DNA of 63,946 bases, counting the filler, from Octopus bimaculoides (lineage: Eukaryota), in the NCBI RefSeq assembly GCF_001194135.2. It is 8 parts of 7 records of this genome, joined end to end, with 100 filler letters (N's around TTAATTAATTAA, not from the genome) between each part and the next. Parts side by side here need not be neighbours in the genome. Positions count along the whole stretch, not along the records: positions 27,332 to 48,199 come from NC_068983.1; positions 48,300 to 54,005 come from NC_068988.1; 6 more parts are not named here. One strand, given 5' to 3'. Position 1 is the first letter of the stretch; each line of letters opens with the position of its first letter. A model generated the notes under the pieces. That model was not told the origin of the DNA, made no database searches, and saw only the letters and a list, made by a program, of their open reading frames with translations. A program made the translations under genes and the position numbers. Shown one piece after another: positions 36,911-49,668 of the stretch.

Positions 36911-37130
36911 ACATACATACATACATACATACATATATACCTACATATANNNNNNNNNNATATATATATATATATGTATATATATATGTATATGTATATA
37001 TGTGTGTATGTGTGTGTGAGAAAGAGAGAGACAGAGAGAGAAGATTTTTGTTTACAAATAATGAAAGAGGTTAGTAAGACAGTAAAGAGAAGTAGCCTGT
37101 CAGTGAATAAATTATCATATAGTAATCATA

Positions 37131-37350
37131 TGGGTGGTCCGCTAGCAGTATCGTTAAAGGGGCGAGGAAATTCACGGCAGTTAATTAATTCTGCTCTTTA
37201 CGTTCTAAGTTCAAATCCCGCTGAGTTTCAACCTGCCTATCTTCCTTTTGAGGATGAATAAAGAGTACCAGTCATGTACTGGAGTCGATGTAATCAACTA
37301 ACTTCCTTCTACTAAAATTGTTGGCTTTGTGCCTAAACTAGCAATATTTA
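37131..37350 (+). mobile_element. Degenerate tRNA-derived SINE
   Basis: TTACGTTCTAAGTTCAAATCCCGC...AGTACCAG...GTCGATGTAATCAAC...GGCTTTGTGCC. Confidence 0.7.
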
Positions 37351-37613
37351 GCACAGTCTTGTTTGTGATTGTTTTTGTTTTTTCTTTTACCCCATTCCAA
37401 CTCCTCACAACTGATATCTCATGACAAGATTTATTTGTTAAACAATGTCACCTGAGGATTAGAACAACACAAGAAACTACGAGTAACGACACAGAACAGT
37501 ACTAACTGCGTACAATAAATAATTATATTCCACACTATAAATATATGAATAAAATGCATTTTTATGTCGGTTGTGAGGCAAAAAACATCATATATATATA
37601 TATATATATGATG

Positions 37614-37653
<40 letters not shown>

Positions 37654-38580
37654 CATGTATATATATGTATATGATGAAAGTAAACAAACAAAGTTTGCTT
37701 TAGAAGCGTTGAGATGTATTGAAAGATACAGAAATAATTTATTCTCAAACGCGTGATAATGCTAATAAGATAGCGTGAACAGTTGAAGTTAACGTGTTAT
37801 AAAGCTAAATTTATAAATCCTAAAATTGCAGAGGAATTCATTACTGGGTAGTTTAGCTTAATAGTAAAGCACTTGACACGTACTGACAGGAATGTGAGTT
37901 CGTGTCTCATGGCTGGCCGGTAATGTATTTTTCTGCAAGGTATGGATAATTTATCCTGTTCACGCTATTTTATTAGCATTATCACGTGTTTGAGAATAAA
38001 TTATTTCTGTATCTTTATATGTATGTATGTGTATATATGCACATATATATATACAATTACATATGTGTGTGTGTGTAATGTATATATATATATATACATA
38101 TGTGTGTGTGCATAAGATCTAGCAGAAATGGAGTTTAAAATTCACTTCAGCTGTTTCAGTAGAATTTTCTTGATGCATTCATAGATTACAACGTAACATA
38201 AATGCTCCAGCCTGTGATACATTCATCATGTTAGTCGGCGAATACAAATAGGTAATCTAGGTTTTACCTCACCTGTTTATGTCTGTTGAAAATTTTACCA
38301 TAGGATAGTAGATTTATGCTATGATCTTAATCTATGAATACATCAATACATCTGTATTCTTTTTTATATCTACGCCATATCTGGAACCAACCCTGAGTCG
38401 GATCTACGGTTTATGTTGGATTCAGCACCTATATAGATACATACCCGCAGGACACTACCAACAAATGACACCTGATAGTTGTTTTACCTTATTGTGAACT
38501 TAATGCTTATGGTACTCAGCGTCCTACGACTCTAATGAATCCTGAAACTACACACACACATACACACACACATTACTACG

Positions 38581-38977
38581 ATACTCCGTCAGTTACGATG
38601 ATGAGGGTTTCAGTTGATCCAATCAACGGAACAGCCTGCTCGTGAAATTAACGTGCAAGTGGCCGAGCATTCCACAGACACGTGTACCCTTAACGGAGTT
38701 CTCGGGGAGAGTCAGCGTGGCACAGGGTGTGACATGGATGGCCCTTTGAAACACAGGTACAACAGAAACAGGAAGTAAGAGTGAGAGAAAGTTGTGGTGA
38801 AAGAGTACAGCAGGGTTCTCCACCATCCCCTGACGGAGCCTCGTGGTGCTTTAAGTGTTTTCGCTCAATAAACACTCACAACGCTAGCAGGGTTCGCCAA
38901 CATCCCCTGCCAGAGCCTCGTGGAGATTTAGGTGTTTTCGCGAGTCCGCTACCCTAACCACTGGGCCATTGCGCCTC
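38581..38977 (-). mobile_element. tRNA-derived SINE (OK/OR1-like) with internal duplication
   Basis: Head GAGGCGCAATGGCCCAGTGGTTAGGG; body nearly identical to 40723-41101. Confidence 0.85.
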
Positions 38978-39182
38978 ACACACAGAGACATAGTGATAGG
39001 AAGTTTGTAACTACGAGGATAGTTGAGGGTTAACAGTTTTACTGATTGATGATTGATTGATTGATTGATTGATTATGCACACAGTCTAATGTATAGCGAG
39101 GAAGCAGTTCCTCTAGCCAAACGATCATAATGCTGTTGTATGTGTGTGCGTGTAGGCTTCTGTGAGTGTGTGTATGCGTATC

Positions 39183-39227
<45 letters not shown>

Positions 39228-40285
39228 GCGGGCGTATATGTGTCTTTATTAAAACAATGAATCCGACAAAAATCGTTTTGTTTCGCTCAGTGATATCTTG
39301 CACCAAAGTAAGACCGGAAACTCAATAGACTCATTGATGTTCCTTGAACTTTGTGCGTGTCGCTTGCCAGGAGACCGCATATAACTGATTACTACCTAAA
39401 TCAATCCTCGGATTTGCAATTAACCTTGAAACGTAGCATTTTTGCTCTCTAAAGCGATAAAAGTATTCTTTGCTGCCTTAAGGCAATTNNNNNNNNNNNN
39501 NNNNNNNNNNNNNNNNNNNNNNNNNNNNNNNNNNNNNNNNNNNNNNNNNNNNNNNNNNNNNNNNNNNNNNNNNNNNNNNNNNNNNNNNNNNNNNNNNNNN
39601 NNNNNNNNNNNNNNNNNNNNNNNNNNNNNNNNNNNNNNNNNNNNNNNNNNNNNNNNNNNNNNNNNNNNNNNNNNNNNNNNNNNNNNNNNNNNNNNNNNNN
39701 NNNNNNNNNNNNNNNNNNNNNNNNNNNNNNNNNNNNNNNNNNNNNNNNNNNNNNNNNNNNNNNNNNNNNNNNNNNNNNNNNNNNNNNNNNNNNNNNNNNN
39801 NNNNNNNNNNNNNNNNNNNNNNNNNNNNNNNNNNNNNNNNNNNNNNNNNNNNNNNNNNNNNNNNNNNNNNNNNNNNNNNNNNNNNNNNNNNNNNNNNNNN
39901 NNNNNNNNNNNNNNNNNNNNNNNNNNNNNNNNNNNNNNNNNNNNNNNNNNNNNNNNNNNNNNNNNNNNNNNNNNNNNNNNNNNNNNNNNNNNNNNNNNNN
40001 NNNNNNNNNNNNNNNNNNNNNNNNNNNNNNNNNNNNNNNNNNNNNNNNNNNNNNNNNNNNNNNNNNNNNNNNNNNNNNNNNNNNNNNNNNNNNNNNNNNN
40101 NNNNNNNNNNNNNNNNNNNNNNNNNNNNNNNNNNNNNNNNNNNNNNNNNNNNNNNNNNNNNNNNNNNNNNNNNNNNNNNNNNNNNNNNNNNNNNNNNNNN
40201 NNNNNNNNNNNNNNNNNNNNNNNNNNNNNNNNNNNNNNNNNNNNNNNNNNNNNNNNNNNNNNNNNNNNNNNNNNNNNNNNNNNNN

Positions 40286-40580
40286 TAAGTACCAGTTACG
40301 CACTGGGGTCGATATAATCGACTTAATCCGTTTGTCTGTCTTTGTTTGTCCCCTCTGTGTATAGCCTCTTGTGGGTAGTAAAGAAATAGGTATTTCGTCT
40401 GCCGTTACGTTCTGAGTTCAAATTCCGTCGAGGTCGACTTTGCCTTTCATCCTTTCAGGGTCGATAAATTAAGTACCAGTTACGCACTGGTGTCAATGTA
40501 ATCGACTTAATCCCTTTGTCTGTCCTTGTTTGTCTCCTCTATGTTTAGCCCCTTGTGGGCGATAAAGAAATAAGAAATAG
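40286..40580 (+). mobile_element. Head-to-tail tandem SINE bodies lacking the A-box head
   Basis: TAAGTACCAGTTACGCACTGG...GTGGG..AAAGAAATAGG occurs twice; the junction reads AAATAGG|TATTTCGTCTGCCG. Confidence 0.8.
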
Positions 40581-40722
40581 GAAAAAGACCTCTTCTGAAA
40601 CATTAAAGAAAAAGCATGGATAAATTCCTAGCAATGATATCAGATCCGTTAACCATTCAAGGATACACTCAGAAAAGATCAGCTGCTGCAAACTCAAAAC
40701 CTTAGAGCAAGTTGCAGTCATA

Positions 40723-41101
40723 TGTTGTTGTTGGCATTCCGTCGCTTACGATATCGAAGGTTCCAGTTGATCCGATCAACGGAACAGCCTGCTCGTGGAA
40801 TCAACGTCCAAGTGTATCCTTAACGTTAAGGGTACAGACATGTGTACCCTTAACGTCGTTCTCGGGGATATTCAGCGTGACAGAGTGTGACAAGGCTGAC
40901 CCTTTGAATTACAGGCACAACAGAAACAGGAAGTAAGAGTGAGATAAAGTTGTGGTGAGAGAGTACAGCAGGGTTCCGCCACCATCCCCTGCCGGAGCCT
41001 CGTGGAGCTTTAGGTGTTTTCGCTCAATAAACACTCACCACGCCCGGTCTGGGAATCGAAACCGCGAGTCCGCTGCCCTAACCACTGGGCCATTGCGCCT
41101 C
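40723..41101 (-). mobile_element. Full-length tRNA-derived SINE (OK/OR1-like) with (CAA)n tail
   Basis: A box TGGCCCAGTGG, B box GGTTTCGATTCCC, 3' end GCGACGGAATGCCAACAACAAC. Confidence 0.85.
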
Positions 41102-42191
41102 CACTCCAGTCATATAGCGACAACAAAGCTGAAAGAAAATAAATTAAAACTGTGCTCCAGCATGGCCGAATTCCTTCGATTGAAACAACGAAAATAGTAA
41201 AAGAATAGAAGCATTCCCCAATGCTTTAGAAAAGACAATAAGCGTGTAATTGGAGGAAGATTTCGTTGCTATTTCTAACAGGTCGAGCAATCATGTAGAA
41301 GCTCCCTGGTTTGATCGTGTTCTGTTTTAGTAGATACAGTAAGCAGAACTAAAGAATGTCACAAGGTGGAGACTCGATTACAGTAATTATATTCACCTCC
41401 ACTTATAAAATTATTGTACCTAACATTATATCTGACAATTGTGAATATTCTGAGGAGGAGTAAGAGTAGGAGGAGAATGCCTTTGTCTTTGTTTCTTTTT
41501 TCTTTCTTTCTATAGTTAGCAAATATTTATGAGCAAATTGTTTTTCATTCAGCAACTGATTGTTTCGCCGACTTTATTGTTAGGTTTAAATATCACAGCT
41601 GTCAAATCTACTTCATATGTTTCTTGTTCATGCCCTTCTCTTGATTTTGATGTTATTTGTAACCCACTTGAGACGTCATCGAATTCCGAAATATCTCCCA
41701 ACCAGATAAAGCAGTTAAAATAGATTCGTTATGTTGACCAGATCTACAAAGTTATCAGGGAGGGTACAGTAGAGGATTCTTCAAACAAGGTTCCGTGGAA
41801 TCCATTGGTTCGACACTGACTTAGTTTCGTAGCTGATTTTAGAGAAACTAACCTGTCTTATGTCGGTGTTAACTTAACCCATTACCTACCAGTGATCTCA
41901 TATGAGATCACTTAAAAATTACAAATTTCGTAATTATCTGTCAATATTAACACATATCTAACCTTTTTGCTATATCTACTAGGTATATTTCTCTGATATT
42001 CAAATGAGGCTTGCTAATTTTTCACCGAATATCTCGCTTATTTCTATTTAAAATGTTATTTTGAAATGTTATTTTGATCATTCCAGTGTTTCTAAGGCTG
42101 TTTTATGCTAGAAATCAAAGTTTCATAAAAAGTTCCAGTTAATAGAATTATGGGAGGTAATGGGTTAAGTTCGCATCTGACTATAACAAAA

Positions 42192-42680
42192 TAGTGTGGC
42201 TGTGTGGTAAGAAGTTTGCTTCACAGCAAACATGATTCCAGGATCGATACCACTGCGTGGTACCCTGGGTAAATTTCTTTTGCTACAGTCGCCGACAGAC
42301 CAAACCCTTGTGATGGTTTAATAGATGGAAACTGAAAGAAGTCCGGAATCCGAATTAAACTGTTTTTTAACAAATACAAGCACAGGCGTGGCTGTAGTAA
42401 GTAGCTTGCTTACCAAATGCTTAAGTGAGTGAATTTGATCGACGGAAATTGTGTGAAAGCTCATTGTGTGTGTGTGTGTGTGTGTGTGTGTGCTTTGTAT
42501 CTATTCATGCATCGCGCATGCTTAATAAACAGCGTTGGTTTGTTTACACCCCGTAACTTAGCGGTTCGGCAAAAAGACCGATAGAATAAGTAGCAAACTT
42601 TAAAATTGTTCGACTATAATACTTCAAGGCAGTGCCCCAGCATGGTTTCATCCCGGTGACTAAAACAGTTAAAAAAAAAA
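42192..42680 (+). mobile_element. Two degenerate CORE-like SINE copies (42192-42345; 42386-42680)
   Basis: GTGGCTGTGTGGTAAG heads, GGAAACTGAAAGAAG and GCGGTTCGGCAAAAAGACCGATAGAATAAGTA segments. Confidence 0.7.
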
Positions 42681-43084
42681 AGAAGAGAAATAATGATACA
42701 GTAATGAAAAGCAGTGTGAATTTATTTACTTATTTTATTTGAAATTTTTTTTTTTTTTTGAAAATTAATTTACTTCTGAAGTTCACTTTGGAGGATTTGG
42801 CAAGATCGGACAAGTTAGGTTTGCTAATCACAACAGTTAATTAACGTAATTAGAATTACAGTGTGTTACTTATCGGCAGTGAAAAGCGAAATCGACTCGG
42901 GTGAGATTAGAACCCTAGATATAAAACAGAAACGTAGTCGAATACCGCAAAGCAATTTATCCAGTGCTCTACCGAGTTTGAACTGACCCACCAACTCTTG
43001 GGATATTTTTCATATTTTTCGAGCCCTAGTATTCATTAAACCAGTTACCCAGTTTCCAAGACCATAACAATCGTCTGAAGGACA

Positions 43085-43312
43085 TAGCAATACTTTGCAG
43101 GGCCCAAGGGCAGTACTTTTTGTGGGTAGTGGGGTCAAGTTGATTACATCAACATCAGTACTTAGCAAGCAGTTTTTTTTTTTTTTCATCGAAGGTCGAT
43201 CAAAGGCAAAGTTGACCTCAGCGGAATTTGAGCTTAGGGCGTAAAGAACCGGAAGAAATGCTACTAAGCATTTCATCCGACGTGCTAATGATTCTGCTAG
43301 CTCATCGCCTTG
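43085..43312 (-). mobile_element. tRNA-derived SINE
   Basis: GGCGATGAGCTAGCAGAATCATTAGCACG...CTCAAATTCCGCTGAGGTCAACTTTGCCTTT. Confidence 0.75.
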
Positions 43313-43745
43313 CCACTTGATATAGATACAGATTAATAAATCATGCTCGTCATGTGCTGCTGCGGAGGTTTCTCGTACTTAAAACATAATATGCAAAGAA
43401 GAAACTTTATCTCGACAAGATTCTTTAAGCATTCAGTAGATTTTATATTATCATTGTCAGTTCATCTCCCGGTTTACATCGGGTTTATCTTTAATTTGAT
43501 ATTATTCTTTTTGTTGATTACTCACCTGGGGCATTCTTGCGAAGACGAAATGGAGAGCAAGACTAAAATGGTAAAAACGTTGAGGACGCCAGGACGCCGA
43601 TAGTGTGTGTGTTTATATATTTAAGAAAGAAAAATATGTAAAAACGCACAGGAGGTTTGTGTAATAAAATGTATGCTGATATTAAGATCATAATGAAACA
43701 GAGTAGTATTACATGATCTGACATATATATATATGTTTGTGTGTG

Positions 43746-43776
<31 letters not shown>

Positions 43777-43807
43777 GTATATATATGTGTGTGTGTGTGT
43801 ATGCGTG

Positions 43808-43845
<38 letters not shown>

Positions 43846-44550
43846 CATGTATGGGTATATATTTATATGTATGCATATAGTTTACAGATTAAAGACAGGT
43901 GTTTTCTGCATAGAATAATAAACTTCGTAATGCTCAAGAGATTTGAACTTGAGACGGTAGAGGAATAAATGTAAGGACAAGCAAGTTAGCCAAGTTGTTA
44001 TACAAAAAATATTTAATACATTTAATACAAAAAAATGTACATATCTATGTATATAAAAAAAATCCGACTTACACAGAATATAAATGATATCAGGAATTAA
44101 AGGCGTTGAGTGAGAGATTTACGAGTCCAACAGCCGTTCCTGGGGACTCGGTGGTACAAAATAATGCTTGTAATTTGATTTCATCTTCGGATGATACCAG
44201 CCTCCGTCTTCAGAGAAGAATTTTACATTTAATGTTTTGACAGAATGGAGTATTCTGTGTAAGTCAGATCTTTGTGTATGTAAACATACATACATTTTTA
44301 GTATTTCATGTATATATTATATTGGGTTGGTGTATAATTATTGCGGTTTTTTTTCAACAAATTTTATTCAACAAAAACAATAACACTATTTAACGAAAGC
44401 ATCTTTAAATGACGGTCGGCTTGTTTTACTTAAAAATACGTATCGAATCCACATTCGTCATATTATATATATGTATATATATATCATTCGCCATGATAGA
44501 TCGCTGACCACTACACACATTTTTTTCTCTCCTTGTTTCTTTCTGTATTC

Positions 44551-44586
44551 CTTTCTGTGGAAGAGCATAGGCTCGAAACGTTAAAG
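44551..44586 (+). ncRNA. Hammerhead-like motif with atypical core, within a probable PLE-type repeat (~44490-44690)
   Basis: CTTT-CTGTGGAA-GAGC-ATAG-GCTC-GAAA-CGTT-AAAG: stems I and II and the GAAACGT palindrome are present, but the core is CTGTGGA instead of CTGANGA. Confidence 0.45.
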
Positions 44587-44685
44587 ACTTTTTCAATTCC
44601 CGAGCGTTATACTAATACATCTATTTGTTTTCTACACCACCTGTCTTCGTCTGTTGTTTGTTTGTGAATTCTCCCTATATATACG

Positions 44686-44734
<49 letters not shown>

Positions 44735-45484
44735 NNNNNNNNNNNNNNNNNNNNNNNNNNNNNNNNNNNNNNNNNNNNNNNNNNNNNNNNNNNNNNNNNN
44801 NNNNNNNNNNNNNNNNNNNNNNNNNNNNNNNNNNNNNNNNNNNNNNNNNNNNNNNNNNNNNNNNNNNNNNNNNNNNNNNNNNNNNNNNNNNNNNNNNNNN
44901 NNNNNNNNNNNNNNNNNNNNNNNNNNNNNNNNNNNNNNNNNNNNNNNNNNNNNNNNNNNNNNNNNNNNNNNNNNNNNNNNNNNNNNNNNNNNNNNNNNNN
45001 NNNNNNNNNNNNNNNNNNNNNNNNNNNNNNNNNNNNNNNNNNNNNNNNNNNNNNNNNNNNNNNNNNNNNNNNNNNNNNNNNNNNNNNNNNNNNNNNNNNN
45101 NNNNNNNNNNNNNNNNNNNNNNNNNNNNNNNNNNNNNNNNNNNNNNNNNNNNNNNNNNNNNNNNNNNNNNNNNNNNNNNNNNNNNNNNNNNNNNNNNNNN
45201 NNNNNNNNNNNNNNNNNNNNNNNNNNNNNNNNNNNNNNNNNNNNNNNNNNNNNNNNNNNNNNNNNNNNNNNNNNNNNNNNNNNNNNNNNNNNNNNNNNNN
45301 NNNNNNNNNNNNNNNNNNNNNNNNNNNNNNNNNNNNNNNNNNNNNNNNNNNNNNNNNNNNNNNNNNNNNNNNNNNNNNNNNNNNNNNNNNNNNNNNNNNN
45401 NNNNNNNNNNNNNNNNNNNNNNNNNNNNNNNNNNNNNNNNNNNNNNNNNNNNNNNNNNNNNNNNNNNNNNNNNNNNNNNNNNNN

Positions 45485-45518
<34 letters not shown>

Positions 45519-45849
45519 TGCTTGTATATGCGCTCTGAGATGTAGTGCTGTTAATATAATAAAGAGCTCTCAGACCAGCAGTGCTAAGGCTGTGAAGATA
45601 TGCCGTAAGGCTAAACCCACAATGAACGATAAGCACAGGGTAACCCCATAAACCGACCTACCCCACTGTATATATATATATGATGATGACTACATCGTCT
45701 TGTCAGACGATAGCTGTCTTACATTCAGCCTGTTTGTTGGTTTACTTTCGTCCTTGCATGTGCACGGAAATGGCTTTTTCACATTACGCATCCACCGCTA
45801 TAGGACATCACAATATAGAAAATGGATCAAAAGATGAAAGGATAGTGAG

Positions 45850-46205
45850 ACGTCAGTATGTCATTGGATTTAAGTGACAAAAGCTTCCATAGCACTTTTT
45901 GTCATGCTCTCGGTCACTGTATTAGGTTCCAGTATCAACCATTGCATGAAGACTGAAGCTGTTTTCACTGCATGTTTTATATCAGAATACCTTTTTCCTG
46001 GAAGAGCTTCTTTTCCCAGGGCTTTGGCAAAACTAACTGGAGCTTTTTGTACAACTGGAAAATCTATTGGACCCATATTGGTGACCCTGACAGCAAGTAC
46101 TATCGATCGAGAGTAATGGTAATTAAGGGGCGACTCCATGCTCCCTATAACTTCAGAAGTCCCAAACTGGAGTCTCACCACCGGATGCAGTTTAATGTCA
46201 CACAC
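45850..46205 (-). mobile_element. Unclassified degenerate interspersed repeat
   Basis: Higher-GC block bounded by a (TG)n tract; no protein motif recognised. Confidence 0.25.
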
Positions 46206-46219
46206 ACATGTATATATAT

Positions 46220-46316
<97 letters not shown>

Positions 46317-46719
46317 TGTGTGTGTGTGCGTGTGTGTGTGTGTGTGTGTGTTTGTGTGTATGTATAAATAAATGTATGTATGTATGATGAGGTGACGAGC
46401 AGTAATTTGGCTATCTTTGCTGACCCACCAACGGGTGGGTATTACAGTTCAGTGTCGAAACCCCTGATGATCGTTGGATACCGTCTGATGATTTCATTTC
46501 CTCCTGGCCAAAACCCCATTCACTTTGGTGAGTAGAAAAGAAGCACCATCTTCTGGGTGCTATCGATAGCACACACACACACGCATGCATACAGACAGAC
46601 ATGTATGTATATATATANNNNNNNNNNNNNNNTCAAAATACAATAACCCTTTTGCTTATGACCACATTTATTCTTTTATAGATAATAAATACACTTCTTG
46701 GAAAATATTTAAAATTTCT

Positions 46720-46955
46720 TTTGAAAATTATGTTCCTTTAAATGACCATTATTTTGCTCTTGGCAATGGTACACTTAGGAGCTTTTTCTGTTAAATGTCT
46801 CATCACCATTTATAAAGTTACCTTGCTTATTCCTTCAGTTTTTTTCACTTCAAATTGTTGGTTGGCTCAAGGTTTGTTATGGTATGCTCTGTCTTTGAGA
46901 TATTCCCACATGAATATGTAGAGCCATTAAAGCAGGTGAACGTGAGGGTTAATTG
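46720..46955 (-). pseudogene. Tc1/mariner-superfamily transposase C-terminal remnant
   Basis: With frameshifts the minus strand reads PSRSPAL...FMWEYLKDRAYHNKP...MVMRHLTEK...NGHLK, resembling WP.RSPDL.P.DFFLWGYLKDRVY.NKP...NG.H. Confidence 0.65.
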
Positions 46956-47500
46956 AATTTATAGTTTTTTGATCTGAGCAGCTTACACTAATCTTACCCG
47001 ATAATCTGCTGGCTTCAGTTCCTGCATTGGTGGTAGTTTACATGGGAATAAATTCGGCATTTGTTACATCCTCTATAATGAGCTTCGGGACATGCCCAAA
47101 CGCTGGGACCGCCTTCGGGTTGACGTTGAATGCTGTACACGCTGAATGATGTCCTGAGACCTTGAATGTGGCCTTCCCACATGGGGGCAAATCAAACCAC
47201 TGCAATAAGTTGAGTGTTGCTTGATTGGATGGTGGTGTTGTCTGACCAGAAAATGACGAATTTAAGTTCTTTGGGTTAGTGCAATTAATCGTTGATATTT
47301 GTAGATTAGTTTTATTTGTTGCTCTATCATGAATTTCTCTCTGATTACTTTCCAAGAATTACGTGTCAATAATCGGAAAAAAAATGTAAAAAAAATAGTT
47401 ATAGTTTAAAATGGTTTAGTGACTTTTTTTGGTTACCCTATATATATATATATATATATATCTACGCTTTTCTATCTCCATGCCTTATACACATATACAA

Positions 47501-47660
47501 ACCTATAATGCGTATAACTACATATGTACATGCTTGTATATACCTTTGCACACACGCTCAGACACGCACACACACACACACACACACAAACCTATAATGC
47601 GTATAACTACATATGTACATGCATGTATATACCTTTGCACACACGCTCAGACACGCACGT
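47501..47660. repeat. Tandem duplication, ~96-bp unit
   Basis: AAACCTATAATGCGTATAACTACATATGTACATGC..TATACCTTTGCACACACGCTCAGACACGCAC occurs twice. Confidence 0.85.
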
Positions 47661-48654
47661 ACACATACACACATACACACATACACACACGCAAAATACA
47701 TACACATACAATATACAGGCATCGTCTCACTTTCTGTCCCCGCCCCCCCCTTGTACTTCTGAAATTACCAGTTGCTCGAGGTTATTGACATCTCTCAATG
47801 GCAATGTCTTAATAACCTACATTTACTATACCCACGTCTCTAACTGCAGCAGTTAAATGTAAACATACAAGTCATTATTATCAGGTGGTATTGGTAGTGT
47901 TGTCTGCAGGAATGCGGTGCAGGCAAATCGGAAGGTTTAAAATGTCTTCTAGTGATGCAACTGTGAACTTATCATACACACACACACACACACACACACA
48001 CATAAACGCGCGCGCGCACACACACACACATACGCACACATGCATGTATTCATACATACATTCATATACATACACACACAGGCACACACTTACACTCACA
48101 CACATACGCACTCTCTATATAATGATTGAGTGTGTGAGTGTGCGCGCGCATGTGGCGAGAGGTATTAACTCCTCACGATACACACAAGCGCTCAACCCCN
48201 NNNNNNNNNNNNNNNNNNNNNNNNNNNNNNNNNNNNNNNNNNNTTAATTAATTAANNNNNNNNNNNNNNNNNNNNNNNNNNNNNNNNNNNNNNNNNNNNA
48301 AAATTATCACTATTTCGTGTTTTACTACGAAGCGGTTTACGGTACTACAATTTTCGACTCGAGTCGAACACAAATCGTTGATAGAGTATCCGCATCAGTG
48401 GAATCTAGATCGACCAGTTTGTACTAGCATCGAATTGTATTTAGTAGTCATAACGAAATCCAAAAACATGTTTTGTCTCTGTTTCTTGCTATAGAGTTAC
48501 ATAAATACTATATTGCAGGAAAAGCTTCATAGCAACTTCCAAATTCTTAGGTACATTCAAGATGGATTTTTATGTATTCTTCTTCCCACTTAGATTTTAA
48601 ATGTTGCCACAATAATAATATGTCCATTCTGCTGTAATATTCTATATTCTTAAA

Positions 48655-49480
48655 TAGTCTTGGCTATTAATTCTACCATGAAGGGAAACCATTGGGCTGG
48701 CGGATTTTCAAGATATAGCCCTCCAGATCATCACATATCCTCCTCCCTGTTTAACAGTTGGAGGAAGGCAGTCTGGATCAAATGCTTTTTTTGGCTGTCT
48801 CCACACGTATACTTGGCCGATAGTCAGAAATAAGGTAGAAGATGACTCGTCCTTTACCTTTCACTGTTCTCGGGACAAATTCTTTCACTACCCTAGGGAC
48901 CAATTCTGTAGGTTTTTACGCCACTCTAAACGCTTTGCAACGTTTGTTTTTGAAAGTAGTGGTTTTCTGATTGCAGCCCTCCTGTGAAATCCGGCTTTGT
49001 ACAGCTCCCTGCGAGCAGTTTTTGTAGAAACTGAGTTCTCTCGGTGGTCATTAAGCTCTGGAGTAATTTTGGGAGCTGTACTTTTGTGATCCTTTCTAAC
49101 AGTTTGGGTAAGAGTCCGACGGTCTCTATCTGAAAGTTTTGGTTTTCTTCCGGAGTTTTGTTTCGACGAGGAGGTTTTTTTCTCTTTCTCAAAGGCTTTC
49201 GAGACAGTACTTCTTGATACACCAAACATTTCGGCTGTTTTTGTTGAGCAACAACAATTTGACCTCTTTGAAAGTCCGATAGATCTGTCATTTTAATGCA
49301 CTTTTATTACCTTTTTCAGATGATATCTGAAAAGAAACAGCAATTTTAGCAAAACATATTAAGCAACGCCAATAATAAATCAAACAACATAAAAATAAAC
49401 AAGCTTTTGATGGTTTTATGGATATTTCAAAATTATGATGCTGTGATGCTAAGTGTTTCCATTATTTTGTCCACTGCCTG
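48655..49480 (-). mobile_element. Tc1-family DNA transposon, left end and transposase pseudogene
   Basis: TA|CAGGCAGTGGACAAAATAATGGAAACAC TIR at 49480. Paired/HTH region MTDLSDFQRGQIV...FGVSRSTVSK...SGRKPKLSDRDRR, then RKPLLS, DESSSTL and TVKQGGGYVMIW; frameshifts, 3' part missing. Confidence 0.92.
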
Positions 49481-49573
49481 TATGTGTACACAGGCATATA
49501 TGTGTTTGTGTGTATGCGTGTGTGATGTACATGTATACATATAAATATATATAGGTATGTATATATATATAGG

Positions 49574-49668
<95 letters not shown>

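Noticed and set aside
44170-44215. CTGAAGA followed by a CGGA/TCCG hairpin on the minus strand
   Set aside because: Followed by AAGA rather than GAAA, with no UH site or stem I.
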